Both the position numbers and the translations under genes were made by a program. A stretch of DNA of 64,000 nt from the human T2T-CHM13v2.0 reference genome, Homo sapiens, in assembly GCF_009914755.1 (NCBI RefSeq), contig NC_060948.1; one strand, given 5' to 3'. Every line of letters starts with the position of its first letter. Positions within the stretch are counted from its first letter, which is position 1. Positions 1-13,897 of this stretch are shown here, piece by piece. The notes below the pieces were generated by a model. The model saw only the letters and a list, made by a program, of their open reading frames with translations, was not told the DNA's origin and searched no databases.

Positions 1-1755
1 ACTGAAGCAAGATTTATGTCATAATCTCATTTATTTGTCAACAATTAGGAAAAAGAATAATATCACTTAGATGATATGGCAACAAATGCCACAATGCCCT
101 TTTTAGGCAGAATCTAGGAAGAAGGGTCACATTACCTGGACCCAGCAATGTGACACAATTCCACATGTGGAAAAGTTTAGCCATGGGATGAGAGCCAAAA
201 CACGTGTACAATGAGTCAAAGGTATGTCGAAATACTCTCTGAGGCTACTGGCATGCAGGTAGGACAGTAGCATCTTCAGGGTGCTGGGCCCACTCATATG
301 TAATAATTTCCTCTTTATTCAGAACTCTGACAAAACTGTAACATCATCTGGGTGCAATATGTCAAAATTTCCCTTTGCGGGCATGGTTCAGAAAAAAAGA
401 GTAGAGTCACATCAGTTAAACTCTAGGCTCAGCAATATGCCACAATCCCACCATTTTAAAGGCCCAGGCAGGGGAAGAGAATCATATCACTTAGGTCATG
501 TGCTCAGAGATATGTCCCAATGTCCTCAGTAGGCAGGACTCAGGGAGAAAGGGAGAGTCATATCACCTATGTGCTTTTATAGGTATATGTCACAATCTAA
601 CACGTGGGAAGATACCAGGAAGAAGAGCCACATCACCTGGGTCCTGAGATATGTTACAAAGCTTCCTTAGGAAAACACCAAGGCAAAAGAGTTAAATCAA
701 CTTGCTGCAGGTTTAACTTTTATGTCACAATGCTCTGTGTGGGTGAGGCCCAAGCCTCAAGTCACATAATCTAGGTGACAGTCACGGAGATATGTTACAA
801 TGCCCTCCTTGACACATAGCCCTGGTGAAAAAGAACCATCACCTGTTTGCTTGGCCTAGAAATATGTCACCACCAACCCTTCTGTTCAGGACCTATTCTA
901 GAGAGGAGAGTTACATCACCTAATTGGTGGAGACAGTCATATATCACAGCAATGTCTGTGGCCAAGGCTCAGGCAAGAATGTAACGTCACCTGGGTTTTT
1001 GATCCAGTGATATGTCACAATCCTTAATGAGACAAGTGCCAAGGCAGGAGAGTCACATCATTTATATGTTGGTCCAGGTAGAGATCACAATCCCATATAT
1101 GAGCTGGAACCAGTCTGGAGAGTCAAATCACAGATGCTCAGCAAATATTTTTATCACAATCACAATGGCAGAATATTCCAGAGATGAGACTTACAATACC
1201 ATACATGTCCTGTTTTCATGAGTGACAGTTGGCTTCATGTATGTGAGATGTGACAGTCCTTACTGTCAGCTGGGTGTGCATATGAGACTCACAATTTCAC
1301 CTTTCTGTTGGGTTCTCTTATGACACTCTGTGCAAGTCATGGGCTTTATAAAATATCTGAGCCTGTTATAATCTTCAGTGACCTCTTTACCAGAAAGAGA
1401 TCTAAGAAATGACTCATGTTTCTAAAGCAAGTTACAAGAGTCAAAATTATTCTTATCTGTAGGATCCACATGTGAGAGTCAGTATCATGCCTGTGAGCTG
1501 TGCCTAGGTATATGTCAAAATTTACTCTGTGGTAATGAAACAGACATGACAGACTTGTCACCTAAATGCTGAGCCAGAAGTTTTCCAATATTCTCCTTCT
1601 AGACAAGTTTCTGGCAGAAAAGTTGCATAACTGCGAGGCTACAGCAAACTCTATGGCATAATGCCCCTCGTGGGCAGTGTTCAGGCAGTAGAGGAAGTTG
1701 TATCACCTAAATGATAGGCCCTGAGATATGTCACAATGCCTCCTGTTGAAAGGGT
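1..1755 (+). repeat. Diverged beta satellite (BSR, ~68-bp Sau3A family) array
   Basis: Recurring GATATGTCACAAT...AGGCAG...GAGTCACATCACCT(G/A)GGT motifs about 65-75 bp apart (e.g. ~585, 649, 721, 790, 861, 1011). These match the beta-satellite consensus as I recall it. Confidence 0.85.
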
Positions 1756-1759
1756 CAGA

Positions 1760-2822
1760 AATGTATCATTTCCAATTATACTCATTTTTACTGCAGTGAT
1801 TTGGTGTCTTATTTTGGCTTTGATTTGCAGTTTTCTAATAATTAATAATGCTGAGCATCATTGTATGTAATTGGCCATTCGTATGTCTTCTTTGAGGAAA
1901 TGTCAGTTAAGGTATCTTGCCTATTACTAAATAGTGTGTTATTATTGCTCTTAAAATTGTTATGTATTCGTATGTTTATCTCTTGTCATATGTATATTTT
2001 GCAGATATAGTCTCCCACAGTGTAAGCTGTCTCTTCACTCTGTAAATTTATTTTTACTATTTTTTTTTTTTTTTTTTTAGATTCTGGTAATTTTACTTGT
2101 CTGCTTTTGCTTTTGTTGCCTGTGCTTCTGGGGTCTTATTTAAAAATTTTTTCTGTCCTATCTGATTAAGAATTTCTATATGTTTTATGGAAATTGTTTT
2201 ATAAGTTTGAGTTTTACATTTTAATCTTCTATTTATTTTTAATTAAGTTTTTAAAATATGGTAACAGGTAGGCATCTAGTTGTATTACTTTGTATTTAAG
2301 AAATTAATTTTACAGCACCATTTATTGATGAGGTTGACTTTTCTTAAATATGTCTCTTAAATACCTTAAAAATTATTTGGCTCTAGGCTTATTAATTTAT
2401 TACTAGAATCAATGGATACTTTGTTCTATCTGTCTGTTTCATATGCCGGTATCACTCTGTTTGCTTGTTATAGCTTTGCAGTATATTTAGAAGTCGGGTA
2501 ATTTGATGCTTTCAGCTTTGTTCTTTTTTGCTAGATGACTTTGGCTATTTGGGGAGTTTCTTTTGTTCACTATAGATTTTAGGCCTGTTTTTTTCCATTT
2601 CTGTGAAAAAATGTCATTGGTATTTTTATTGAGTTTGCATTGAATCTGTTGATTACCTTGAGTAGCATAGTCATTTTAGCAATATTTTTTATAACTCATG
2701 AACAAAAAATATTTCTCATGTTTTTCATATTTTTTAGTTTTTTAATTAATGTTTTATAATTTATAGTGTAGACAGTGTTTATCTTTTTAATTAAGTTTAC
2801 TGCTAGGCACTTTATTTTTTAT
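1760..2822 (-). mobile_element. Old L1 (L1M/L1PB-like) ORF2 3' part
   Basis: T-rich antisense L1 ORF2 sequence (e.g. gcaccatttattga, tgatgctttcagctttgttctt, ttgcattgaatctgt). It ends near the IKYLGI-coding region. Confidence 0.8.
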
Positions 2823-2823
2823 T

Positions 2824-3315
2824 TTAGATGCAGAAAAATTATTTTGAAAAATTTAGCATGTTTTGTGATTAAAACAAGTGAACAAGTTAGGTACAGATGG
2901 TATGTAACACAACACAGTTAAGGCAAAATATGACAAATCAATACCTGATAAGACACTGAACATTAAAAGGTGAAGGCTTTTTACTTAAGACCTAGAAGAA
3001 GACAGTGATGTCTACTTTTACCACTTTTATTCAACAGAGTACTGGAGGTCTTAGCAAGATTATTTATGCAAGAGAAAGAAATAAAAGACATCCAAATAAA
3101 AAGGAAGAAAGTCAAATTATCTGTTTGCAGATCTCTTAACTGTTTGTATAGCAAAACTTAAATACTACACTAAAAATCTTGAGAATTGATAAAGAAATTC
3201 AGTTAAGTAGCAGAATACCAAATTCACTTTAAAAACTTAGTAGGAGCATATTTTCATGCCAAGAAAAAGCCATCTGAAAAAGAAATTCAAGAAAAAAATT
3301 TACAACAACTATAAA
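2824..3315 (+). mobile_element. Inverted 5' segment of the same L1 (RT region IDAEK to PFTIA)
   Basis: tagatgcagaaaaa..., caagagaaagaaataaaagacatccaaat and tctgtttgcagat are sense-strand L1 ORF2 RT motifs. Confidence 0.75.
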
Positions 3316-5995
3316 GTGTCTTACTTCATTTCAGCCTGATGGCTGAAAAATTGGACTGCTGGTTTCAAATGAAGCCAGCCATTTTCTGACGGCTTCTTTC
3401 TGAATAATGCCTACCTGTGCAATGGGAAAAGGAGGTGGAGCCACTGAAATTCACACCTTTTGGCAGGAGAGGAACCTGGATTCTTAAGTTGCTATGTTGT
3501 GACCTGGTGTTCCTCAATCTGTGAGGTCAGGGCCAGATAACACGAGTGCTTCCCACTCTGCTGACACTTTGTTGTTGATGTTGTTGTTGTTGTTTTCTTT
3601 TTCCTTTTGGCCCAATAAACTTTACTCCTAACCCTTCAGTGTATTCATTAGACTCTTCCTTCATAATCATGTGAGAAGATCCTTGTTTTAGCTTAACTAA
3701 GGAGAAAGTTCTATAACATTTCGGTGTCTAGATGTGGGGCTTGAGGTAAGTAAGATGTAAACTAAAAAATCTTTTTCTATTTTGTTTGTAAGTGTTTTCA
3801 TTCTTGGACTTCTCCTGAGGATAGAGGAAACTCTTCAACACCCTACCCAAACAGCCCCAGGCACATGTGGGATGGTAGTTGAATGGCAGCTCTTCATTCC
3901 CATCTCCTCTGGGCTGAAAAATGCCAGGCATTCATGGTGTCTTCATGTTCACCGACCAAGGGATCCAACCTCACCCAACAGCATTAAGTTTTTCTCCTTG
4001 TTGAAGGAACTCATTTGCATAAGAAAGAAAATTGTCTTTCCTGCTCTACACTTAAGACTTTTTTTTTCTTTTCTTCATCCTGTCTGCAATTTACTTTTAA
4101 GCAGAAGGTTTTTTTGTTTTCTTCATATGAAATGTTTTGCCGGACAATGCCCCAATGATCACTGCTTATATTCTTTGTAGAGTTTTGATTGTGAATAGAT
4201 GTTTCTCAGGTTGGTCTAGAGCTGTGGCCAATCTGGTGTGCTTTGTATGTCCTTCTCTATAGCTGTCAGAAAATTTTGCGCAGGCATCCATCTTGTTTTA
4301 TGTTTTCAGGAACATGACCTGAACCAATGTGGCTCTGTTTTGTTTTGGCCTCTGCCATTTTACAATGGTGGCCCAGGTTTAATCCTGGCTTAAGGAAAGA
4401 GTCTCTTCTGGTTTTATATCAGCATGTAACTTTTGCCCTTTGCTGATTCTCTTCCACTTAACAAACTGCCTTACTTTTTTTTTTTTTTTTCCTCTGAGCA
4501 CCTGGTAAGTTACTTTTGTTAAAATTTGAAAGCCAGAAACACTGGCTGCTTGGTGCTACTAGAGTCAGGTAATAAAAAAATTAAAAGGATATTCTTAAAG
4601 AGTCCTCAACTTAATTAAAAGTGGATATCCAAATTATAGGTATATTTAAAAGACCTTTATATTTTTCTTTTCCTGGATCTTGTTTTGCTGGTAGAAGTTT
4701 TTTTCTCAGTCAACTGAATCCTTTTTCTTCATTTTGTCTGGCCACTCTAATGCATGCATGAGAGGACAGTAATTCAATCTGGAAATTGGCAAATAAAAAA
4801 CCTTATGACAGCTGGGTGTGGTGGCTTATGCCTGTAATCTCAGCACTTTGGGAGGCTGAGGCAGGAGGACCACGAGGTCAGGAGATAGAGGCCATCCAGG
4901 CTAACATGTTGAAACCCCATCTCTACTAAAAATACAAAAAATTAACCAGGTGGACGCCTGTAGTCCCAGCTACTCAGGAGGCTGAGCCAGGTGAATGGCG
5001 TGAGGTTGAGGTTGCAGAGGCAGAGGTTGCAGAGAGCCAAGATCGCGCCACTGCACTCCCGCCTGGGTGACAGAGCGAGACTCTGTCTCAAAACAACAAC
5101 AACAACAACAACAAAAACCTTATAATTACTAGGTTTTCTTCAGCCTGTTTCTGTAGTTATATATATATGTTGTGTGTATGATGTCTATATAAAGAGGTCT
5201 AATAAATTTACTTAAAGAATGATAAGAACTTGGATCAAATATTTATTGAAGGGAAGAAAAAAGACATGTACCTTTTTGTTCACATGACTTTTAATCTTTG
5301 AGAAATAAAAACAGCCTTAAAGATTATCAGTAGAACACAAATATCAATGTATCAGTGGGTGGACGAAATTATGCAGGTGAAATACTAGATTTGCTAAATG
5401 TTTTAAGGTTATAAACAGCATTTTTGGTTTTTGAGAGCAGTTCAACTTTGCTTCACTGTTGGTAAGGCCTGAGGACAAATAGAATTAACCATACCCTTAA
5501 TTATGCTGAAAGGAGTCAAACCCTTGACTGCACCTAGCACATAATTAAAACAATTTACCTGGTTTTACATTAAAGTTAAAATTGCTAGAAGTTACCATTA
5601 TAAGATGTAATTAAAAGCACTGGAAGTAGAGTTATATATGAGTAAATGATTTACATACAGTAAAATGTGTTTTTAATAAAAAATTATAAGAAGGCATGAA
5701 TATATAAATTCTTGCCTAGGGTAAAACATTTGTTCTCAATTAGATAAGATAAAGCTAACAGTTCAAACAAGCTGTGGAAGGATTGTTAAAATTAATCTTG
5801 CCAAAGGAATTCTTTTGTGAACATTAATTAAATTTAAAAAGTTATTATATGGGTTTTTTGTAAATTGAGGCTTGCAATAAAAATACAACAAAGTACTCTT
5901 AGGGCACAAATCTGTTCTTTAGCAAAATTTGTAAAGAATTATAGAAGGTTTTTGCTTTTTACATTTCTAAGTCATTTGGTTAAAAGATTGATTTA
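3316..5995 (+). mobile_element. MER4-group ERV1 LTR (3316-~3719, MER50-like) plus AT-rich internal sequence
   Basis: LTR end with AATAAA and ...ttagcttaactaaggagaaagttctataaca, followed by a PBS-like tttcggtg and non-coding internal sequence. Subfamily is uncertain. Confidence 0.55.
4810..5113 (+). mobile_element. Alu (AluS/Y) with (AAC)n tail
   Basis: Dimeric Alu consensus, flanked by the direct repeat aaaaaccttat. Confidence 0.95.
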
Positions 5996-6019
5996 ACCTA
6001 ATTAATTAATTAATTAACA

Positions 6020-6820
6020 TGCTTAGTGATACTGTCTCACTCTGGCCAATCTCAAAATATGCTCAGGTGCTTGCTGAAACCAAAGGGAATATAGAAAGGG
6101 TAGTAGAAGAAGGTAGTCATCAATACCAGGTACAACCACTTGATCAGCTGCAAAAGCGAGGGCTGTAACTGTATTTCCTTCTTCTTTTGTTAAAAAAATT
6201 TTTTTGTGTTTATACACTCATACTAAGAAAATATCTTTATTTCCTTTTTCCTTCATTATGTGTTATAAGATTTATTGACTTTGCATTAGCACTTAAGTAT
6301 TATTAACTTTACGTTATGGTATTTGGGTTGGGGATTTCTGCATTTCCAGTTGTGTGAAGAATAGTTGTATTATATTAGGCATACTTGTGACCTTATTATT
6401 TTCCTTATTCAAAGATTGTGTATGATCTCAGGAGATATGTGTGGGTTCAAGTTGACAAGGGGTGGACTTGTGATAGTTAATACTAAGTGTCAATGTGGTT
6501 AGATTGAAGAATGCAAAGAATTAATCCTTGGTGTCTCTGTGAGGGTGCTGCCAAAGGAGATTAACGTTTGAGTAAGTCAGCTGCAAAAGACAGACCCTCC
6601 CTTAATCCGAGTGGGCACCATCTTACTAGCTGCCAGCATAACTAGCTGCTGGCTAGAAAAATATGAAAAGATGAGACTGGCCTAGTCTCCTTGCCTACAT
6701 CTTTCTTCCATGCTGGATGCTTTCTGTCCTCAAACATCAGGATCCAAGTCCTTTAGTTTTGGGGACCTGGATCAGCTCTCCTTGCTCCTCAGCTTGCAGA
6801 TGACTTATTATGAAATGTTT
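6020..6820 (+). mobile_element. HERV-L 3' internal end plus truncated MLT2A LTR (from 6469)
   Basis: gggtagtagaagaaggtagtcatcaatacc (HERV-L pol end), polypurine tract gacaaggggtggact, then LTR start tgtgatagttaatactaagtgtcaa. Confidence 0.8.
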
Positions 6821-6999
6821 GATGAATACAGCCATTCAAACTCTCCCCACAAACAGAGAGAAAGACATTCATCTTAACCTTGGTTTTCAGTTATAAAGAG
6901 CATAGATGTGATTCTTACTCTTTAATTTTATAGCCAAAATCTGTTATTATGTAGGTTTGACAGCAGAATGTATACCCTTTCTGTCACTTTCCAAAAACT

Positions 7000-9900
7000 C
7001 AGTGTAAGAATTGGCTGGAAAAAATCTTTTGTAGAGCTCCTGACTGCAGTACAACAAATATCCCTTTAAAAACCTTAAACTCAGGCCTTAAAGAATTTTC
7101 CTAAAGTTTAGATGATTCACATAAATATAAAAATATTGAAAAGTCATGAAAGAAACCAACACGAAAAATATAAGGAGAAACAACAAGAACCATTTGAGAA
7201 ATACTGCAGATCCTTTAATAAGCAGACATTGAATATAACATAACTAGCTTAATGAATTTTAAAAAATGAAACATTAATATTAAAAGTGTGGTCAAGTATT
7301 AAAAGATTATCTTAAAGGTTAAGATAGGTCTGAAAATCTGGAGAGAAAATAGAAATTTTAGATGCAATAAATACAATACTTGGAAAGTAAAAACTCAATA
7401 GAGCATTTAGAGAACAAAAGTCAGAAACAGTTTAATTCCTTGAAAGGCTTGAATGAGTAAACTTAAAATCAAGAAGAGAATTTTATTCTCAGAAAAGAAA
7501 GAAAAATTCATAACCAATAAAATGACTTAAAAATGCTGAAAGATTTTCTAGAACAGAGACTTTCTCTATAAGAAATTTCTGGGAAAGAAAGAGAGGTCAT
7601 TCTTGAAGAAACCTAGTAAAACAATGGCATGTAGTTATCAAAAACAGTGGATAATAATAATACATTTCATATAATTTAATGAAATAAGATAGAGTTTAAA
7701 ATATTATATTAAAACATCCAAAATAAAAAAATCAAAATAAAAGATGATAAGGTCTTGAATTTTTCTTAAAGCTGGTAAAGATCTTGATTAGATTTAAACA
7801 TAATTAAGATATATTTCTTCAAGTCATGACAATATATAAAATGAGGAAAAAATACAACAGTTTAATACAACAAATTTTAAACAGGAGATGAAAGTGAAAC
7901 CTAAGGACTAGAGCAAATATAAATAAAACTTAAAATTATAAACATATATCTAAATATTTGAATAAAAAGTTTAAATAAACATGCGTACTAAAAATATATA
8001 TCTTTCTAAAAACTGGAGCTCTGTGCTGCTTATGAAACTTACATCAAACACAAGGCAAGAAACAGTTAATAAATTATGTAAATGGATATACTGGGTAAAT
8101 TCCATGCCCTAGCAAACACTGCATGTTTTCAGATTTAAAGCAACAATTGATACTAAAGGAAAAATTATGGTAACCTAGATAACAAAACTTTCAGTAGACT
8201 AGGAGGATAATACAGTTTTAATCTACACTTCTAAAATATAGACAGCAAAAATTGTTTAAATCATAATATTCCAAGAAATTTAAAAATTAATTAAATAATT
8301 TAAACAATTCAATTAATTATTTTAATTAACTTTAAATTAATTGAAATAATTAGTTGATTCAATTAATTATATCAATGAATTACATTATAATGAAACATTT
8401 TAATACAACACTCCAAGATTATTGGTTCAGCAGAGGTTAAACTATGTAAGAAGCTATTTAAAAAACTTTATCCAATAGGCAGTTACAGGATATAGTATCT
8501 AGCAATGCACATTGTTCTAAAAACTCAGAAACATTTAAAGACATACTATGCCTTAAGGCAAGTCTCAATACATTTCAAAGGTCCATGTATTATCAAGAAC
8601 ACATTCTGATTCCAATACAAACAATTATAAAAATATACATATTTTTAATCATGTAAATTGGAAATACATAATACAGACTTGTTAATAACATATAAAAAAC
8701 AAAATTTGAAATACAGAACTAAATAATAGTTTAAAATATTAAGTATCAGTACTTTTGGAATCCTGATAAAAGAAAAGTTAGTCATAAAAAAAAGGTTAAC
8801 GTTTGGTGTTTCATGAAGAAATAAAAAAGGTGGCACTAATATGTGAATCATTTGTTATAGTTAGGAAAGGAAGAAACATGTACACCAAAAGAAAAAAGGC
8901 ATAAATAAGAAAATAATGAACGAAGAGCAGAAGTTAATCAAATAGAAAAAGAATTAGTTCTTTGAGAAGATAACGAAGCTTACAGATCTCTGACCAGATT
9001 CACTGGGGAAAGAAAGAACACATAATATTAAGACATAAAGAAAGGGTATGCTCAGCTAGGCAGCAGAAATTTAGAAATACAGCAGTATTAGAAACATCTT
9101 TACACAAACAAATTTTAATTCTTCAGTGAAACAGAAAAGTCTCTACAAAAAAGTCAGTTACCCAAACTAGGAACTAGGAAGAACTAAGAAACTGCACTTA
9201 CTGTAGCATTTTGAAAAAAAATGTGTCCACATTTAAATTATCCCTATAAAAAAGTATTAGAATCAACTGCTTTTATAGTTGGATTCTACTACACATTCAA
9301 GGAAATAAATATTTCTGAGAAGTGAAAAAGAGAAGAAAAACAATCCTAATTAATTTTCAAATGAATAATGTCTTGTTACTACTTTCAAACAAACAGCATA
9401 AGAATTAAAAACAAAAAAGATTAATTTTACTTCACAACAATGTGAAAACATGAGCAAAATATAAGCGTATTATTTTGTTTTCACACAGTTGTAAAGAAAC
9501 ACCTGATACTGGGTAATTTATAAAGAAAGGAGACCTAATTGGCTTATAGTTTCTCAGGCTGTGCAGGAGGCATGGCTAGGAGGTCTCAGAAAACTTAAGA
9601 TTATGTGAGAGGGCCAAGGGAAAGCAAGTGTGTCTTCACATGGTGGCAGGGAAGAGAGTGTAAAGGGTGAAGTGCTGCACATTTTCAAAAAATTCCATCT
9701 CATGAGAACTCATTTGCTATCATGAGAACCTAAAGAGAAATTCTGCTCCCATGATCCAATCACCTCCAACCAGGCCCCCCTCCAAAACACGAGGGTTAAA
9801 ATTCAGCATGAGATTGGGTTAAAACAGAGCCAAACCATATCAATGAGCAAACAAATGTAAGGTTATACATCATAACCACATATCTACACTAAATTTATTT

Positions 9901-10370
9901 CAAAGAGAAAGGAGGGGCTCAACTTAAGGAAATCTATTTATTTAATGCATCATACGTATATATTAAAGTAGGAAAAAGTATAATTACATCAATGAATACA
10001 GAATAAGCATCAAATAAAACAGAATAGCTATTTATAATAAGAGATTAAAGTACAAATAAAGAAAGTGTTCCTTATCAGAAAATACTACCTTCAAAATCAG
10101 AAGAAAGACTAGAAGGCTCGCTATTACCATTTCTCTTCAACATTGTCCTGGAGATTTTTAACTTGTAATATGAGACAAATAATACTAATAAAAATACTTT
10201 AATATATAAGAATTGGAAAGAAAGAAGTAAAATATTCCTCATCTGTAGATGACATGATTACCTACATGGACAACTTCAAAGAACATACAAATCATATATA
10301 CTAATAAGAAAACTTAGAAATTTTTCTAGATGTAGTATTAAGATGTCCAAGTTGAAACTACCTACCTATA
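7000..10370 (+). mobile_element. Highly decayed L1M/L1ME ORF1-ORF2 remnants
   Basis: A-rich sense-strand L1-like motifs (cacattctgattccaatacaa, ttcaacattgtcctggag, ctgtagatgacatgatt). Confidence 0.55.
9467..9842 (-). mobile_element. MST-family (MaLR) solo LTR
   Basis: gtattatt...ctgggtaatttataaagaaag...catgagaactca...ccaaaccatatca matches MSTA/B termini in reverse orientation. Confidence 0.85.
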
Positions 10371-10455
10371 AGAGAAAGCCACAGGATGGCCAATTACTTG
10401 AGTGATAATGGAGGCTTTACTTCCATTGTGAGATGTGTGATATTAAAGTATACAT

Positions 10456-10562
10456 AATGGTCCCTCAGTATCAGTGAGGGATTGTTTCAGGACATCCATG
10501 GATACCAAAATCTGCAGATTCTCAATTTCTTGGCATTAGATAATGTAGTATTTGCATATAAC
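10456..10562 (+). mobile_element. MER2 (TcMar-Tigger) fragment
   Basis: ggtccctcagtatc...ggataccaaaatctgcagattctcaa...gtagtatttgcatataac. Confidence 0.7.
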
Positions 10563-10569
10563 TAACTGT

Positions 10570-12740
10570 CTAGCTCTTAAAGAAGGTAGCCATGATTCAC
10601 TGCAGTAGGCACTAAAAAGAAGGCCCTTCTATTATCAAAGGAAATTCTCTGGGAAAGAAAACGGCTGAGGCCACATCTAAAGAGGTAACATTGTTACAGG
10701 CCACTGGCTAATGTCAGATACTGCACCCATGTTGGGAACACCACACTGTACCCACGAAAAAATTCAATCGGCAGAACAGAAAGGCTTACAAAAGAATCCC
10801 TCAGGATGGTTGCTAGAATGCAACAAAACTCTTTCTCCCTGAGGCAATGCAATGAAAAAGAGTTAATCTTTTATATGACTCCTCACTTTTGGGACAGGTC
10901 TCAATATACAAGTTATTTTCTCAAATCATTTAAGGAAAGAATCTATTCCAGACTATAAAGAGGACGGCCAGGGCCTATGATCTTTGTGACCGTAACAATC
11001 CAGGAAGCTACTCCACACTCCTTCCTCTACTCAAACCTTTACAACATTGAGGGGCATACACTGGAAAGCCTGTCAAATAGAATTTTTTGTTTGTTTGTTT
11101 GTTTTTGACAAGGAGTCTCACTCTGTCGCTAAGCTGGAGTACAGGGGCACGATCTCTGTACACTGCAACCTCCACTTCACAGGTTCAGGAGATTCTCCTG
11201 CCTCACTCTCCCAAGTAGCTGGTATTACAAGCACGTGCCATCGTGCCCAGCTAATTTTGTATTTTTAGTAGAGATGGGCTTTTGCTGTGTTGGCCAGGAT
11301 GACCTCAATCTCCTGACCTCGTTATCCACCCACCTTGGCCTCTCAAAGTGCTGGGATTACAGGTGTGAGCCACCAAGCCCAGTCAGCAAATAGGGTTTTA
11401 TCAGATACAACCATACAGGTGAAGGAAACATTTGCCTGTTTTTATAGACACCTTCACCAAGTGAATTGAGGCTTTTCCCACAAGGACAGAGAAGGCATTA
11501 TGAGTGTCCAAATTTTTACTTAATAAGATCAACTGTAAAGTTTCAATTACCTGAAAGTCTGCAGAGCGATAATGGAACTACCTTCACAGTTAGAGTGACC
11601 CAATAGATTGCATTCAGCTTTAGACGTTACCTATCACCTTCACTCCCCATGGAGTACTCAATCCTCAGGTAAAATAGAAAAATCTAATCATGTTTTGAAA
11701 AGACATTAGCTAAGTCATGTCAGGAGACCTCAGAGACCCAGGTTCCTCTCTTAGCCATAGTCTTTATACACATAGGAATGACCCTTAAAATACTTCCCAA
11801 AAAATCCACTTGAGGCGAGTTATGTGAGGCCATGTTTAGCTTGGGGTCTCCTGCTTAATAAAGAGATACATAGTTAACTCATAAGTTGACACATATTGTC
11901 AACTTAAGCCAGGTTAGAAAACTCCTCCAAGCCTATGGACAAAAAGTATTGTCCCCTCTCACAACACAATTAACTGGCCTCCTATTCAATCATGAAACTT
12001 TGTAAACATTTTGAAAGAAGCATCCCCTGAGAATCAATTACAACCAAAACAGAAGGGCCCCTATCAGGTGTTGTTGACTATCCCAGTCCTTTTAAACTTT
12101 AGGGCATACCTAGTTGGATACAATTGTCCAGGATTAAACCTGTTTCTTATAAGTTGCAGGCACAAATGGAGGACACTGTAACCTAAATCTAAATTTTTGG
12201 AAGATCGCCACTACCTACTTAAAAGTATCAACAGTCATTCATCCAGAATTGGCAACATAATGCTGCCAGTGGGAATAGAGGGTCTTCCTACTAGGGAAGA
12301 CTGAGAAAAACACAATTGAGCTCCTGAATTTTCTAGAAGAGGAAGGGTATCATTGTCAGTTTCACAATTTTCTGTGAAGAAGGGTATTTCTCTCTTTTTC
12401 CACCTTTTTAAAATCTATCTTAGGACCCTTGACAGCTGTATTGTTACTAATTTATTTACTTGTTTGTTTAGCCTCATAGTAAGGTTTGTATCTTGTAGAT
12501 TACTATATTTCCAGGTGAAAACAACGCTGGCTTAAGGCTTTTGAGTTATCTTATGTACTGACCTGGAGAATTATAATGTTGTTTCTCCCCTTTAGCTCAT
12601 GCATCCAGAGAAATTTACTTCTCTAGTGCTAGGCAAGGCCAATGCTCATGACTCAGCAGGAAGCAGTTACAGTGCATGGACCTCCTCCCTCCTGCAGCCC
12701 CCTTAAGATTAAGGGAAAGTAGTTAATGTCTGAGTGGAGA
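10570..12740 (+). mobile_element. Decayed ERV1 internal region (RNase H, integrase and env TM remnants)
   Basis: Degenerate IHC..H.K, FIDTFT..IEAFPTRTEKA and LQSDNG motifs; env end cagcaggaagcagtta; purine tract before the LTR. Confidence 0.7.
11083..11385 (-). mobile_element. AluS
   Basis: Reverse-complement Alu dimer with (TTTG)n tail. Confidence 0.95.
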
Positions 12741-12741
12741 A

Positions 12742-13104
12742 TGAGGTTGAAGGTGGGACTCAACTCCAGGGGTAGGGCTCACATAGGATCCAGATTGAGG
12801 ACTAACTAAAACAGGGACTAGGCAGAAGGAGTTTTCAACCAGACATGCCCACCAGTCTGCCGTGTCATTTTACCATTGCCGCTACAACACACAGGAGGTA
12901 CCACCCTTCTATGGCAATGATCCAATGATTACCACCCCTTCCCTATAAATTTCTGCACTTCTGCAATAATCCATGCATTTAAAAGCAAATATAAATATGA
13001 CTGCAAAATATCCCTGACCTGTTCCTCTCTTGCTATGGTGTAACCCTGTTCTGAAAGACGAGTCACAGAGCTGTAACACTGCAAGAGCTGTAATTCTGTC
13101 TCAT
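12742..13104 (+). mobile_element. ERV1 LTR (MER66/MER41-like), 5' part, interrupted by HERV9
   Basis: Starts TGAGG after the polypurine tract and has a TATA-like box. It continues at 23357. Confidence 0.6.
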
Positions 13105-13897
13105 TGTGTCCGGAATTGGTAGGTTCTTGGTCTTGCTGACTTCAAGAATGAAGCCGCGAACCCTCACGATGAGTGTTACGGTTCTTAAAGATGGTGTGTC
13201 TGGAGTTTTTTCCTTCAGATGTTCAGATGTGTCTGGAGTTTCTTCCTTCTGGTGGGTTCATGGTCTCACTGGCCTCAGGAGTGAAGCTGCAGACCTTCGT
13301 GGTGCTCATACAAGTGGCACAGACACTAAGAGTGAGCAACAGCAAGACTTATTGTGAAGAGTGAAAAAACAAAGCTCCCACAGAATGGAAGGGGACCCGA
13401 GCAGGCTTCCACTGCTGGCTCAGGTGGCCTGCTTTTATTCCCTTATCTGGACCCACCCACATCCTACTGATTGGTCCATTTTACAGACATCTGGTTGGTC
13501 CATTTTACAGAGAGCTGATTGGTCCATTTTGACAGCCTGCTGATTGGTGCGTTTACAATCCTTTAGCTAGACACAGAGTGCTGATTGGTGTGTTTACAAT
13601 CCTTTAGCTAGACAGAAAAGTTCTCCAAGTCCCCACCAGATTAGCTAGACACAGAGCGCTGATTGATGTGTTTACAAACCTTTAGCTAGATACAGAGCAC
13701 TGATTGGTGCATTTACAATCCTTTAGCTAGACAGGAGGCCAGCAGAAGGAGCCAGTCCCAGCCTCAACCAGCCCCAGAGAGGGGCCCCCACAGGGCAGTG
13801 GCCAGTTGAAAGGCTCCTCAAGCAGAGCCAGAGCGGATGCTGAGGTGAAGGAAGCACCAAGAGCGAGCGAGGGCTGCTAGTATGTTGTCACTTCTCA
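13105..13897 (-). mobile_element. HERV9 3' LTR (LTR12)
   Basis: Termini tgtgtccggaattgg and tgtcacttctca; ~41-bp CCAAT-containing repeats; adjacent polypurine tract (atcccccctct on + strand). Confidence 0.92.

Noticed and set aside
8280-8380. AT-rich self-complementary (AATT)n-like stretch
   Set aside because: Low-complexity slippage within a decayed L1; it is not a long perfect palindrome.
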